Below the pieces are notes generated by a model, which was not told where the DNA came from, searched no databases, and worked only from the letters and a program-made list of their open reading frames with translations. A DNA stretch of 64,000 bases from Lama guanicoe (taxonomy: Eukaryota), in NCBI GenBank assembly GCA_013239625.1, contig MU054187.1, forward strand, positions 2,613,757 to 2,677,756, written 5' to 3'. This document shows positions 25,793 through 37,805 of this stretch, one piece after another. Both the position numbers and the translations under genes were made by a program. Within the stretch, counting starts at the first letter, position 1; every line of letters begins with the position of its first letter.

Positions 25793-26559
25793 GAGACAGA
25801 CTTGACTACCACACGTGGCCATAAAAGACCCTGAGTGATGGACTTCTCCCTGCCTTTGGAAGATTCCGTAAGGAATCTCTTTTGCCCAGGGGCCCTCCTT
25901 TTCTGGAATTTCCTTTCCTTTTCTTTTCTTGACTAATTCATATTCATTCTCCAGGAATCAGCTACGACTTCACCACTCCTGAGAATCCTCTCCTGACCAC
26001 CACCCCCCTCAGCTCCCTGATCAGGACCCTCTCACAGCACTCACCACAATGCACCCAAAGTGCCCATCTGCTTTTGGGGTGCCCTCTGGACTGCAAGCTC
26101 CTTAGGCTGCGATCACATCTTTTCACGGTTGTATCTTCAGAATCTATATGTTTACTCACATGTATGAGAGAAAAAGTAAAGCTTCTGAGGGAGATGAAAG
26201 AGAAATGATTATCTTGGTTTAATTGAAAAAGTGATCATGGTATTTTAGAAAGATCATTCCCTTTGGCTAAATCATAGACAGTCAACCAGGCCAGGGAAAG
26301 CTTGGAAGCGTGGAGACCAGCTCCCGTCAATGGGTGAGAAATGATTGAATTCTGAATCGTAATGGTGGGAGTGGGGATGGAGGGGAGTCACAGATTCAAG
26401 ATGTTCAAGAGAGATGAAGGCCAAAGCCTGAGGAAATGTGGGGCTAAAGAGAAGAAAGAGGTCCCGACGACTCAAGGTCTCTTGAGACAGGGAAACTCAC
26501 AAAGGAGATGAGTTTTTGAAGTTAAGAAAATTTGTTTTTTCTTTTCTGAATAAAAAAAA

Positions 26560-27930
26560 AATTTGAGATATAATTCATGTACCATAGCATTTACCCCTTT
26601 AAAATATACAATTCAGTGGCTCTTAGTATATTCACAAGGTTTACCGCCATTACCTAATTCCAGATCATTTCATTATTTCTCCAAAAACCCAATGCCATTA
26701 GCAGCCACTCTGCATTGCCCCACCGCCCTGGCCTCTGGCAATAATTTACTTTCTGTCTCCATAGATTTGCCTATTCTGGGCGTTTCATATAAATAGATTC
26801 ACATAATATATGGTCTTTTGTGTCTGACTTCTTTCATTTAGCACGTTTTCAAGGTTCATCCATGTTGTGGCTATCAGTATTTCAAGCCTTTTTATGGCTG
26901 GATAATATTCCACTGTATGAATTTACTACAACTTGCTTAACCATTCATTAGTTAACGGACATCTGGGTTGTTTCTACCTTTTGGCTATTATGAATCATGC
27001 TGCTGTGGACATGGGTGTACAAGTTTCTGTGCAGACATATGTTTTCAGTTCTCCTGAGCATACACCTGGGAGTGGAATTTCTGAGTTATATGGTGACTCT
27101 GTGTTTAACTTTTTAAAAGACTACCAGACTGTTCTCCAAAGTGGCTGCATCATTTTACATTCCTACCAGTAGTATCTGAAGGTTCCGATTTCTCTGCCTC
27201 CTTGTTGACCCTTGTTATTGCCTGTTGTTTCGAGTATAGCCATCCTGGTAGTCGTGAACTGGTATCTCGTGGTTACATGAAAGTTTGTAATTTTGATGAT
27301 GTCTAGTTGATCTATTTTTCTTTTGTGGCTTGTGCTTTTGGTGTTACAACTAAGAAATCACTGCCTAATTTAAGACCATGAAGGTTCAAGCGTATGTTTT
27401 GTCTACGGGTTTTATAGATTTAGGTCTTACATTTAGGTTTTTGATCGATTTTGAGTTAACTTTAGTTACATGGAGTGAGAAAGAGGCTCAGCGTCATTCT
27501 TTCGCTGTGGCTTTGGCTCTCTGGATTGTTTGAATCTCCATATGAATTCTGTGACCTACTTGGAAATTTGTGCAAATAAGCCAGTTCTGATTTTTAGGGG
27601 GATTATGCTGTATTTACAGATCATTTTGGAGAGTATTGCCATCCTACTAATATTAAAGTCTTTTAGTCCATGAACATGGGATATCTTTACATTTATTTAG
27701 TTAATTTCTTTCAATAATGTTTTGCAGTTTGCAGTGTCCTTGGACTTCTCTTGTTAAATTAACTCCTAGGCCTCTTGTTATTGATGACATTGCTAATGGA
27801 ATAGTTTTCTTGATTTCCCATTCAGAGTTATTCATTACGACTGTAAACAAATACAATTGAGTTTTTAACAGCTGACCTTGTATCCTGCAATCGTGCTGAA
27901 CGCATTTGTTAACTCTCGTACTTTCTTGTG
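26560..27930 (-). mobile_element. Old L1M fragment(s)
   Basis: TTTGAGATATAATTCA...CTGTCTCCATAGATTTGCCTATTCTGG...GTGGCTGCATCATTTTACATTCCTACCAG...TGACCTTGTATCCTGCAA. Confidence 0.85.
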
Positions 27931-29360
27931 TGCATCAGTTCTGTTTTTTGAAGCATTAAACTCCAGGTGTTGAGCATGCTGTTCAGCACCAAGGTGCAGG
28001 GCTGGAGAAGGAGTGTGGGGTGGGTCTGAGGGTCCCCGGCACTCCAGAGAGTAGATGGGACAGACAGAGCAGGGAGGCTGTGGACAGTGGGGAGGGAACA
28101 GTCTGGGACGGACCGTCAGGAAACACCGACAGGCAGAGAAGGAGGACTCTGAGAAGCAAGGCACCGATTGTATTTTCATTTAAAAATTCAGGTTAGAAAT
28201 TGAACTGTCTTTTCCCCCAGAAGTCTTTGTATCTATTTCTTTTGATTCTGGAGAATTGAGATGAAGAATCCTTATCAGAACTTTCATCTCAACGCTTTCT
28301 TTCTCAAATAATATACAAAAATAGTGAGGTGAATATTGCTAAACCTTTTGAAAACTGATTCTGTTTCCTCATGTCATTCATTATGGAGACATACTCTGAG
28401 CATTTTGGGCCAAACTTGGGGGTTGAGGTCACATACTTAATGATCTTTTTAAATATTTATAACCAGACTTTTGTTTAAGGGAAGGAAACCCAAAAATATC
28501 ACCCTAGAATCGGTTCTGAGGCCAAATTTTTAAAAAATTAACCCAATTCATGGCATATTTACAGAGGTGGAAGAATTTGGACGTTTCTGTCTCCATTTCC
28601 TCTTAATTTTTTTTTCATACTTGACATTCCTTTCACTTCCCTCCACCCCTCCACTCACATCTGCTGTGTGTGTTTTGCTGTTTATTGATATGGATGCTCC
28701 AAAGTCAACAGGTGTCTGATGTCAGAAGTCTTTTGTGTTTCCTTTGGATGCATTCCAGTGCTGGATACAGACGTGTTTGGCGGAAACGGCTTATCTCTTT
28801 CGTAGGACCTGCTGGCTGGAAGGTGCCCGAGCGCCGCTGTCAGAAGAGTTCTCCATCAGTTTGGCCACACACCTCTTCAAACGTCCAGGTCCGAGTTCCA
28901 GGCAGGGTGTGTTGTTTGATGGACATGGTGGCGGTGTCCACGTAGAAACCGACAGAAACATTTTTACTCAAAACTGTGGTCTCTAGCAATATCTAGGACT
29001 TGTTTTGAAAAGGAAGTAGCTGTGGCGCATGGCAGCCCTTCTTCCTTGATTTCTTACAAGGCTTTCTGTCAGGAGGGCCACCGAGAATCTGAACGTTGAC
29101 TGCGCACTGCTGTGTGTAAGCACATAGCACACAGCACGGTGTTTAGATGCTCATATGGAAAAGAGCTGGTTTCTATGTCAGTTTATTTATTTCTTCCATG
29201 ACCCAGTCATACTGAAAGAAAAATTCCTAGATCCATCAGAAAAATAATTAAGATAATTATATTAAGACCTTCATACTCACTGAAATATTTCAAGTGCTTA
29301 GTTACTTAAGAGACGTGTTTAATGTTCACTAAATGAAACATAGTTGCTCTATATTCTTAA

Positions 29361-29500
29361 AAAATTTTTTTTCTGTTTCACTTTTTTTGGAGGGGGATTA
29401 GGTTGATTGATTGATTGATTTTAATGGAGGGACTGGGGATTGAACAGAGGACCTCATGCCTGCTGAGCACATGATCCACCACTGAGCTCTGCCCTCCCCG
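29361..29500 (-). mobile_element. tRNA-derived camelid-type SINE with 19-bp TSD
   Basis: Antisense SINE flanked by AGTTGCTCTA(T/A)ATTCTTAA at 29342-29360 and 29502-29520. Confidence 0.9.
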
Positions 29501-29604
29501 CAGTTGCTCTAAATTCTTAAAGTTGTAGATTATACTACCCTCCTTCTCAACGTCATTAAAGATGCTCTTTCCAGAGCAGGACAGTAGCCTTTGGTGTATT
29601 GCTG

Positions 29605-32600
29605 AAAGTAAAATGTGGTCTGCACACAGACCTGATTTGGGGAATTTTAGCCTTTCCTCTGGCTCTAAAGTAAAATGTGGTCTGCACACAGACCTGATTT
29701 GGGGAATTTTAGCCTTTCCTCTGGCTCTAAAGTAAAATGTGGTCTGCACACAGACCTGATTTGGGGAATTTTAGCCTTTCCTCTGGCTCTAAAGTAAAAT
29801 GTGGTCTGCACACAGACCTGATTTGGGGAATTTTAGCCTTTCCTCTGGCTCTAAAGTAAAATGTGGTCTGCACACAGACCTGATTTGGGGAATTTTAGCC
29901 TTTCCTCTGGCTCTAAAGTAAAATGTGGTCTGCACACAGACCTGATTTGGGGAATTTTAGCCTTTCCTCTGGCTCTAAAGTAAAATGTGGTCTGCACACA
30001 GACCTGATTTGGGGAATTTTAGCCTTTCCTCTGGCTCTAAAGTAAAATGTGGTCTGCACACAGACCTGATTTGGGGAATTTTAGCCTTTCCTCTGGCTCT
30101 AAAGTAAAATGTGGTCTGCACACAGACCTGATTTGGGGAATTTTAGCCTTTCCTCTGGCTCTAAAGTAAAATGTGGTCTGCACACAGACCTGATTTGGGG
30201 AATTTTAGCCTTTCCTCTGGCTCTAAAGTAAAATGTGGTCTGCACACAGACCTGATTTGGGGAATTTTAGCCTTTCCTCTGGCTCTAAAGTAAAATGTGG
30301 TCTGCACACAGACCTGATTTGGGGAATTTTAGCCTTTCCTCTGGCTCTAAAGTAAAATGTGGTCTGCACACAGACCTGATTTGGGGAATTTTAGCCTTTC
30401 CTCTGGCTCTAAAGTAAAATGTGGTCTGCACACAGACCTGATTTGGGGAATTTTAGCCTTTCCTCTGGCTCTAAAGTAAAATGTGGTCTGCACACAGACC
30501 TGATTTGGGGAATTTTAGCCTTTCCTCTGGCTCTAAAGTAAAATGTGGTCTGCACACAGACCTGATTTGGGGAATTTTAGCCTTTCCTCTGGCTCTAAAG
30601 TAAAATGTGGTCTGCACACAGACCTGATTTGGGGAATTTTAGCCTTTCCTCTGGCTCTAAAGTAAAATGTGGTCTGCACACAGACCTGATTTGGGGAATT
30701 TTAGCCTTTCCTCTGGCTCTAAAGTAAAATGTGGTCTGCACACAGACCTGATTTGGGGAATTTTAGCCTTTCCTCTGGCTCTAAAGTAAAATGTGGTCTG
30801 CACACAGACCTGATTTGGGGAATTTTAGCCTTTCCTCTGGCTCTAAAGTAAAATGTGGTCTGCACACAGACCTGATTTGGGGAATTTTAGCCTTTCCTCT
30901 GGCTCTAAAGTAAAATGTGGTCTGCACACAGACCTGATTTGGGGAATTTTAGCCTTTCCTCTGGCTCTAAAGTAAAATGTGGTCTGCACACAGACCTGAT
31001 TTGGGGAATTTTAGCCTTTCCTCTGGCTCTAAAGTAAAATGTGGTCTGCACACAGACCTGATTTGGGGAATTTTAGCCTTTCCTCTGGCTCTAAAGTAAA
31101 ATGTGGTCTGCACACAGACCTGATTTGGGGAATTTTAGCCTTTCCTCTGGCTCTAAAGTAAAATGTGGTCTGCACACAGACCTGATTTGGGGAATTTTAG
31201 CCTTTCCTCTGGCTCTAAAGTAAAATGTGGTCTGCACACAGACCTGATTTGGGGAATTTTAGCCTTTCCTCTGGCTCTAAAGTAAAATGTGGTCTGCACA
31301 CAGACCTGATTTGGGGAATTTTAGCCTTTCCTCTGGCTCTAAAGTAAAATGTGGTCTGCACACAGACCTGATTTGGGGAATTTTAGCCTTTCCTCTGGCT
31401 CTAAAGTAAAATGTGGTCTGCACACAGACCTGATTTGGGGAATTTTAGCCTTTCCTCTGGCTCTAAAGTAAAATGTGGTCTGCACACAGACCTGATTTGG
31501 GGAATTTTAGCCTTTCCTCTGGCTCTAAAGTAAAATGTGGTCTGCACACAGACCTGATTTGGGGAATTTTAGCCTTTCCTCTGGCTCTAAAGTAAAATGT
31601 GGTCTGCACACAGACCTGATTTGGGGAATTTTAGCCTTTCCTCTGGCTCTAAAGTAAAATGTGGTCTGCACACAGACCTGATTTGGGGAATTTTAGCCTT
31701 TCCTCTGGCTCTAAAGTAAAATGTGGTCTGCACACAGACCTGATTTGGGGAATTTTAGCCTTTCCTCTGGCTCTAAAGTAAAATGTGGTCTGCACACAGA
31801 CCTGATTTGGGGAATTTTAGCCTTTCCTCTGGCTCTAAAGTAAAATGTGGTCTGCACACAGACCTGATTTGGGGAATTTTAGCCTTTCCTCTGGCTCTAA
31901 AGTAAAATGTGGTCTGCACACAGACCTGATTTGGGGAATTTTAGCCTTTCCTCTGGCTCTAAAGTAAAATGTGGTCTGCACACAGACCTGATTTGGGGAA
32001 TTTTAGCCTTTCCTCTGGCTCTAAAGTAAAATGTGGTCTGCACACAGACCTGATTTGGGGAATTTTAGCCTTTCCTCTGGCTCTAAAGTAAAATGTGGTC
32101 TGCACACAGACCTGATTTGGGGAATTTTAGCCTTTCCTCTGGCTCTAAAGTAAAATGTGGTCTGCACACAGACCTGATTTGGGGAATTTTAGCCTTTCCT
32201 CTGGCTCTAAAGTAAAATGTGGTCTGCACACAGACCTGATTTGGGGAATTTTAGCCTTTCCTCTGGCTCTAAAGTAAAATGTGGTCTGCACACAGACCTG
32301 ATTTGGGGAATTTTAGCCTTTCCTCTGGCTCTAAAGTAAAATGTGGTCTGCACACAGACCTGATTTGGGGAATTTTAGCCTTTCCTCTGGCTCTAAAGTA
32401 AAATGTGGTCTGCACACAGACCTGATTTGGGGAATTTTAGCCTTTCCTCTGGCTCTAAAGTAAAATGTGGTCTGCACACAGACCTGATTTGGGGAATTTT
32501 AGCCTTTCCTCTGGCTCTAAAGTAAAATGTGGTCTGCACACAGACCTGATTTGGGGAATTTTAGCCTTTCCTCTGGCTCTAAAGTAAAATGTGGTCTGCA

Positions 32601-33884
32601 CACAGACCTGATTTGGGGAATTTTAGCCTTTCCTCTGGCTCTAAAGTAAAATGTGGTCTGCACACAGACCTGATTTGGGGAATTTTAGCCTTTCCTCTGG
32701 CTCTAAAGTAAAATGTGGTCTGCACACAGACCTGATTTGGGGAATTTTAGCCTTTCCTCTGGCTCTAAAGTAAAATGTGGTCTGCACACAGACCTGATTT
32801 GGGGAATTTTAGCCTTTCCTCTGGCTCTAAAGTAAAATGTGGTCTGCACACAGACCTGATTTGGGGAATTTTAGCCTTTCCTCTGGCTCTAAAGTAAAAT
32901 GTGGTCTGCACACAGACCTGATTTGGGGAATTTTAGCCTTTCCTCTGGCTCTAAAGTAAAATGTGGTCTGCACACAGACCTGATTTGGGGAATTTTAGCC
33001 TTTCCTCTGGCTCTAAAGTAAAATGTGGTCTGCACACAGACCTGATTTGGGGAATTTTAGCCTTTCCTCTGGCTCTAAAGTAAAATGTGGTCTGCACACA
33101 GACCTGATTTGGGGAATTTTAGCCTTTCCTCTGGCTCTAAAGTAAAATGTGGTCTGCACACAGACCTGATTTGGGGAATTTTAGCCTTTCCTCTGGCTCT
33201 AAAGTAAAATGTGGTCTGCACACAGACCTGATTTGGGGAATTTTAGCCTTTCCTCTGGCTCTAAAGTAAAATGTGGTCTGCACACAGACCTGATTTGGGG
33301 AATTTTAGCCTTTCCTCTGGCTCTAAAGTAAAATGTGGTCTGCACACAGACCTGATTTGGGGAATTTTAGCCTTTCCTCTGGCTCTAAAGTAAAATGTGG
33401 TCTGCACACAGACCTGATTTGGGGAATTTTAGCCTTTCCTCTGGCTCTAAAGTAAAATGTGGTCTGCACACAGACCTGATTTGGGGAATTTTAGCCTTTC
33501 CTCTGGCTCTAAAGTAAAATGTGGTCTGCACACAGACCTGATTTGGGGAATTTTAGCCTTTCCTCTGGCTCTAAAGTAAAATGTGGTCTGCACACAGACC
33601 TGATTTGGGGAATTTTAGCCTTTCCTCTGGCTCTAAAGTAAAATGTGGTCTGCACACAGACCTGATTTGGGGAATTTTAGCCTTTCCTCTGGCTCTAAAG
33701 TAAAATGTGGTCTGCACACAGACCTGATTTGGGGAATTTTAGCCTTTTCCTCTGGCTCTGAAGTAAGATGTGGTCTGCACACAGACCTGATTTGGGGAAT
33801 TTTAGCCTTTCCTCTGGCTCTAAAGTAAAATGTGGTCTGCACACAGACCTGATTTGGGGAATTTTAGCCTTTTCCTGTGGCCCT
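29605..33884 (+). repeat. Minisatellite: 69 tandem copies of a 62-bp unit
   Basis: Unit AAAGTAAAATGTGGTCTGCACACAGACCTGATTTGGGGAATTTTAGCCTTTCCTCTGGCTCT. Starts at 29605+62k through 33697, then variant units at 33760 and 33822. No spacers. Confidence 0.99.
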
Positions 33885-34209
33885 TGTGAGCTCAGAATCC
33901 TCAACTCCCCCTTTTCACGCCAGGAATTATTTTATAGAATTTCTCAGTGACAATCAAATTGGTTTTCCTCTCATAAACATAGTCAAAATCTTCCACTACT
34001 ACAATAAATATCACAATTAGAATGTACTCTGAGGCCTAATGCCATAGTCTCTGGCCCAGGAGGACGGCTGAGAGGGTGGCCCGGCTCCTTGGGTCTTTGA
34101 GCTGCGTCCACACACGTGAATTACAGGGCCAAAGCGGGGCAGGATAGGACATCAACACAGTTGCAGTCTTCACAGACCACATCAAAGGGCACTGAGAGGG
34201 AGGTGACAT

Positions 34210-34360
34210 GGGGGGGGCGTAGCCTGGTGGTGGAGCGTGTACTTAGCCTGCACGAGGTCCTGTGTTCAATCCCCAGTACCTCCAAGTAAATAAATAAGTA
34301 AATAAATAAATACCTAATTACTTCCCCAGCCAAAAAAAAAAAAAAGTTAAAAGAAGAAAG
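34210..34360 (+). mobile_element. tRNA-derived camelid-type SINE
   Basis: GGGGGGCGTAGCCTGGTGGTGGAGCG...GAGGTCCTGTGTTCAATCCCCAGTACCTCC...poly(A). TSD-like GTGACAT on both sides. Confidence 0.88.
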
Positions 34361-35909
34361 AAAGAAGTGACATAATCTGCAGACTCACTTGAAGGAAAGG
34401 GAATGTTCTTGAGCTTCTAGGCTACGCTCCGTGAGAGCTCCAGCAGCTGAGGCACGTCCCAGCGAGGGGCAGGCCCTGCCTCCAGTCCTGCTGTTTACTT
34501 CTGGCGCTGGCCATTCTCCTTGTGGGGTACTGTCCGATCAGGGTTGCCTTAGAACAAGTCAGCAGGGACAGGACAGCCTCTGTGCTCGGGGGGCCCCAGG
34601 TGACAGCTCCTCCTGGCCTGGCCGGCTCTGCCTGAGTCACAGCACCGTCTGCCCAGCTCAGCCTCTCGGCCCCACATCGTCACCTCCCTACAGGCGGCCA
34701 GGCCTGGCCCCCTGATGGGGCCTCGACCCCCTGCCCCTCCATCTCCCTCCCGGCCTGCCCGTGGTACCCACCACTCCAGTGCCTTTAAACAGATCCCACA
34801 GCCCTGTCATCTCTTAGCCTCAGGGACCCTGTTGGTCTCTTAGTGACCTGCCCCATCACCACCCATGCCAAAGTCTGACAGTTTATGCTTCTTGGACCTT
34901 TAAACATTCCTCAGATTTACTTTGATTGCTGGGAGAAGCTCGGTTTTAGCCCGACTCTTATCAGGCGGGCTGAATGGTGCAGCTGGGCCGGGCTGGGTTG
35001 GGGATTACCTCTGATTGCTTATTTTAGAGAAAGTCAGTCACACAGTCGTAGAGAAACCCGCCCCAGTGGGGTAGGAAGGCGGGATGTCAGATCCTGTAGC
35101 TGCCCCTGATTAAGGGCTTCTTGGATGAAAAGCACTGAAAACAGGACACACCATGATGGGATCACAGGGGTTCCTTAAGTGCAGCTCCCCACCGGCGACA
35201 CTTCTTTGCGCCTCGGCCCTCCATTCCGTGTTTTAAGTCACGGACGTTGCCAATAGGCTTATCCCACCTCCTCTGCCCGCTTCCAGGGACAGGAAGCCCC
35301 CCTCCCCTGCCCCACTCCACCTTCTGCAGCGAAAGCAGGACACACTCTTAGCCCAGCAACTTCAAAGTCAGGCAACGGGAAACGCAGTGTGGACTGTCTG
35401 TCCGTCCTCTGGTGCCTGGCGGGCAGTGGGGCCCTTGGAAGCAGAGGGAGATGCTGTCCTTCGAGAATTCAGCATTTTTCTTCCTTTCTTCTTCCAAATG
35501 CCTTTATCCAGAGAAATATCAAACATGATACTCCAGCTCCAGACTCAAGTTCCCTGTTGAGACATAAGGCAGCGGAGAGTCTACTGAGAAACTGCGGGCC
35601 TGAACCTCCTTGTTGACAGTTCTCATCGGTTCAAGTAGGCCACGGCTCTCCTTCGTAATTTGCATTTTCAGAACACACCTTGCCTTTTTTTGGTCTGGCA
35701 GCATAGTTGTTTTTGTTTTTTTTAAATATATAAGAGCAGGTATTTAAATACATGTCTTTATCCAGGTTGTTTTCTTTTGGTGAGATAAGTAAATAATATT
35801 CAAAAGGAGGGAATCAGCATTATCTTAAAACACCCCTGAAATCTGTTTCTAAGCCCCAAGTTCCCAGCACTGGTGAGCCCGCCCAGCCCTTGGCAGTGGA
35901 GTGGACTGG

Positions 35910-35975
35910 AGGAAGGAAGGAAGGAAGGAAGGAAGGAAGGAAGGAAGGAAAGAAAGGGGGAGGGAAGGAAGGAAA
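35910..35975. repeat. (GGAA)n microsatellite
   Basis: Read directly. Confidence 0.9.
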
Positions 35976-37664
35976 CCGAGCTGTGCCCTCAGAGAGCCTC
36001 TAGGGACACGTTAACCAGCCGGCGCCACAGACCACCTCGCTGGGAGTGGCTCTGATGTGGAGCTGGCTGGCCATTCTCCGGTTGCTGTGTTTACCTTTGA
36101 GAACTGTGTTCCCTCCAAAGGGTAGCTATGGATACAGCAGAACGACACGAAAACTTACCCTGTGCAGTTAGATGTTTCGAAATCTGCCGAGGTTAACACT
36201 GGGATCAGCCCAAGTGCCTCGAAGTGGACGGGAGCCACCTCTGCACTGACTGGCCCTGGCGGCAAAACACCGCTAAGAGCCGCCCCAGAGACGGAGATGT
36301 GGAGCCATTTGCCCAAAGTCGCACACGTAATGGCAGGGCCAAAATTCGAAATCAGCCTGTTAGCCATCAGGGTACATACATGGCACTCACCCCTCTCACT
36401 GGCCCCCCTGCCCTGGTTGTGAAGCACTGTTGCAGCCGACTGCACGGGTACTGAGCCGCTCCGTACAGGGCGTGGCCCTGGGGCACGAGTGACGGGGGGG
36501 GGGGCGTTCCACCTGCAGCCCGGTGCTGGCAGTGGCCGAGATCTGACTTCGCTTTGCTCCTCCAGATCCTACCCATCCTGATGGTTCAGCTCTTCCCTCG
36601 AGTTTTTTCGGTGACCCATCTTCCTCCGCGCCATTCCCTGCCCTCCTTTGCTTAAATGAGGCAGATCTGAGCGCCGTAGCCCACGCTCAAGTGAACCTGC
36701 GTCTTTGAAAATTCTTGGTGCGTTCACAGCCTTGTGCATGGCGCCAGCCGGGTTAACCCTCATGATGAACCCTTCCCCAGGGTATAAATCACTCTCGTGA
36801 GGCACCAAGGAGTTACTCTCCCAAAATCACAGAAGGATCAAGTCATAAGAACTGTGCAAGTCCGTCATTCCCTGTTCAAGACTCTGAAATCCAAGCAGCT
36901 CTAAAAACTCCTGGCAAAAGCTGGTCTCAGTGTGTGGTCACTTAACAGGTTTTTTCCATTGCTTAATGTAAAGTTCAAGCTGATGCGACCAAAAACCCCA
37001 CGCTCTTCCCTACTTCAATGGGCTTGAAGCTTCACCGCTTGTCCTGAGCCCACTGACCGAGCCCGCGTGGCCGTCCGCCGTTGGGTGAGCATCTGGTGGA
37101 CGTCCAGGGAATGGAGGCAGTCGGGGACCGTGCAGCCTCTCTCAGGCCAACTTGCGAACCTCGGGCCAAGTCCTGCCAAATGCATGCACATTTAGCAAGT
37201 AAAATTTAAAAGTCATGCTTTCTGATCTTTTATGCCCAAAGAAGTCCTTCCTCTCTGTCCTCAGTCACGCCAGGAGCCGCCTGCACGACAGTTTGCAGCT
37301 GAATTCTGATGTGAAGCCACCTGGGCTGGATGGAGCCTTGGCTAGCCCACAGCCTCTAATTCTAAAATAAAAAAGCAAAAACAAACCACTAAAATTCAAA
37401 AATATTTTTACAACTTATTTGGCAGAAAAAAATTTGATGCTGAAGGCTCTTTATAATTTCATTTATCCACTGAGTGTGAATAGTCAAGTGTGTTTTGGGC
37501 TGAGATTTTAATTTGTTTGCTTGTAAGGTGATGCCCCAGATCTCTCCAGGTTATTAATTAATACATAGTACATGCATTATATTCCCTTTCAACTTGGCCC
37601 TGAAGGCTTGGAAGAGGGGATTAAGAGCCTGTGATTTGTTTATGCAAGAACCAAAGGGCCATGA

Positions 37665-37805
37665 GGGTGGGCGTAGAGCTCAGGAGTAGAGCGTGTGCTT
37701 GGCTTGCATGAGGTCCTGGGTTCAACCCCAGAGCCTTCGTTAAGGGGAAAACTAAAATAATAATAAATTCCCTTAAAAAATAAAGTTCATGACTCATTGA
37801 TTAAA
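37665..37805 (+). mobile_element. tRNA-derived camelid-type SINE
   Basis: SINE head with B-box GGGTTCAACCCC. TSD AAGAA(C)CAAAGGGCCATG at 37646-37663 and 37806-37822. Confidence 0.85.

Noticed and set aside
29605..33884. CRISPR array (repeat with internal hairpin GGTCTG-CACA-CAGACC)
   Set aside because: Units are contiguous with no unique spacers, there are no cas genes, and the context is mammalian. It is a minisatellite.
29378..33950. ORFs at the array edges (e.g. 29378-29749, 33633-33950)
   Set aside because: Products of the 62-bp periodicity and the adjacent SINE. Stops recur every three units in each frame.
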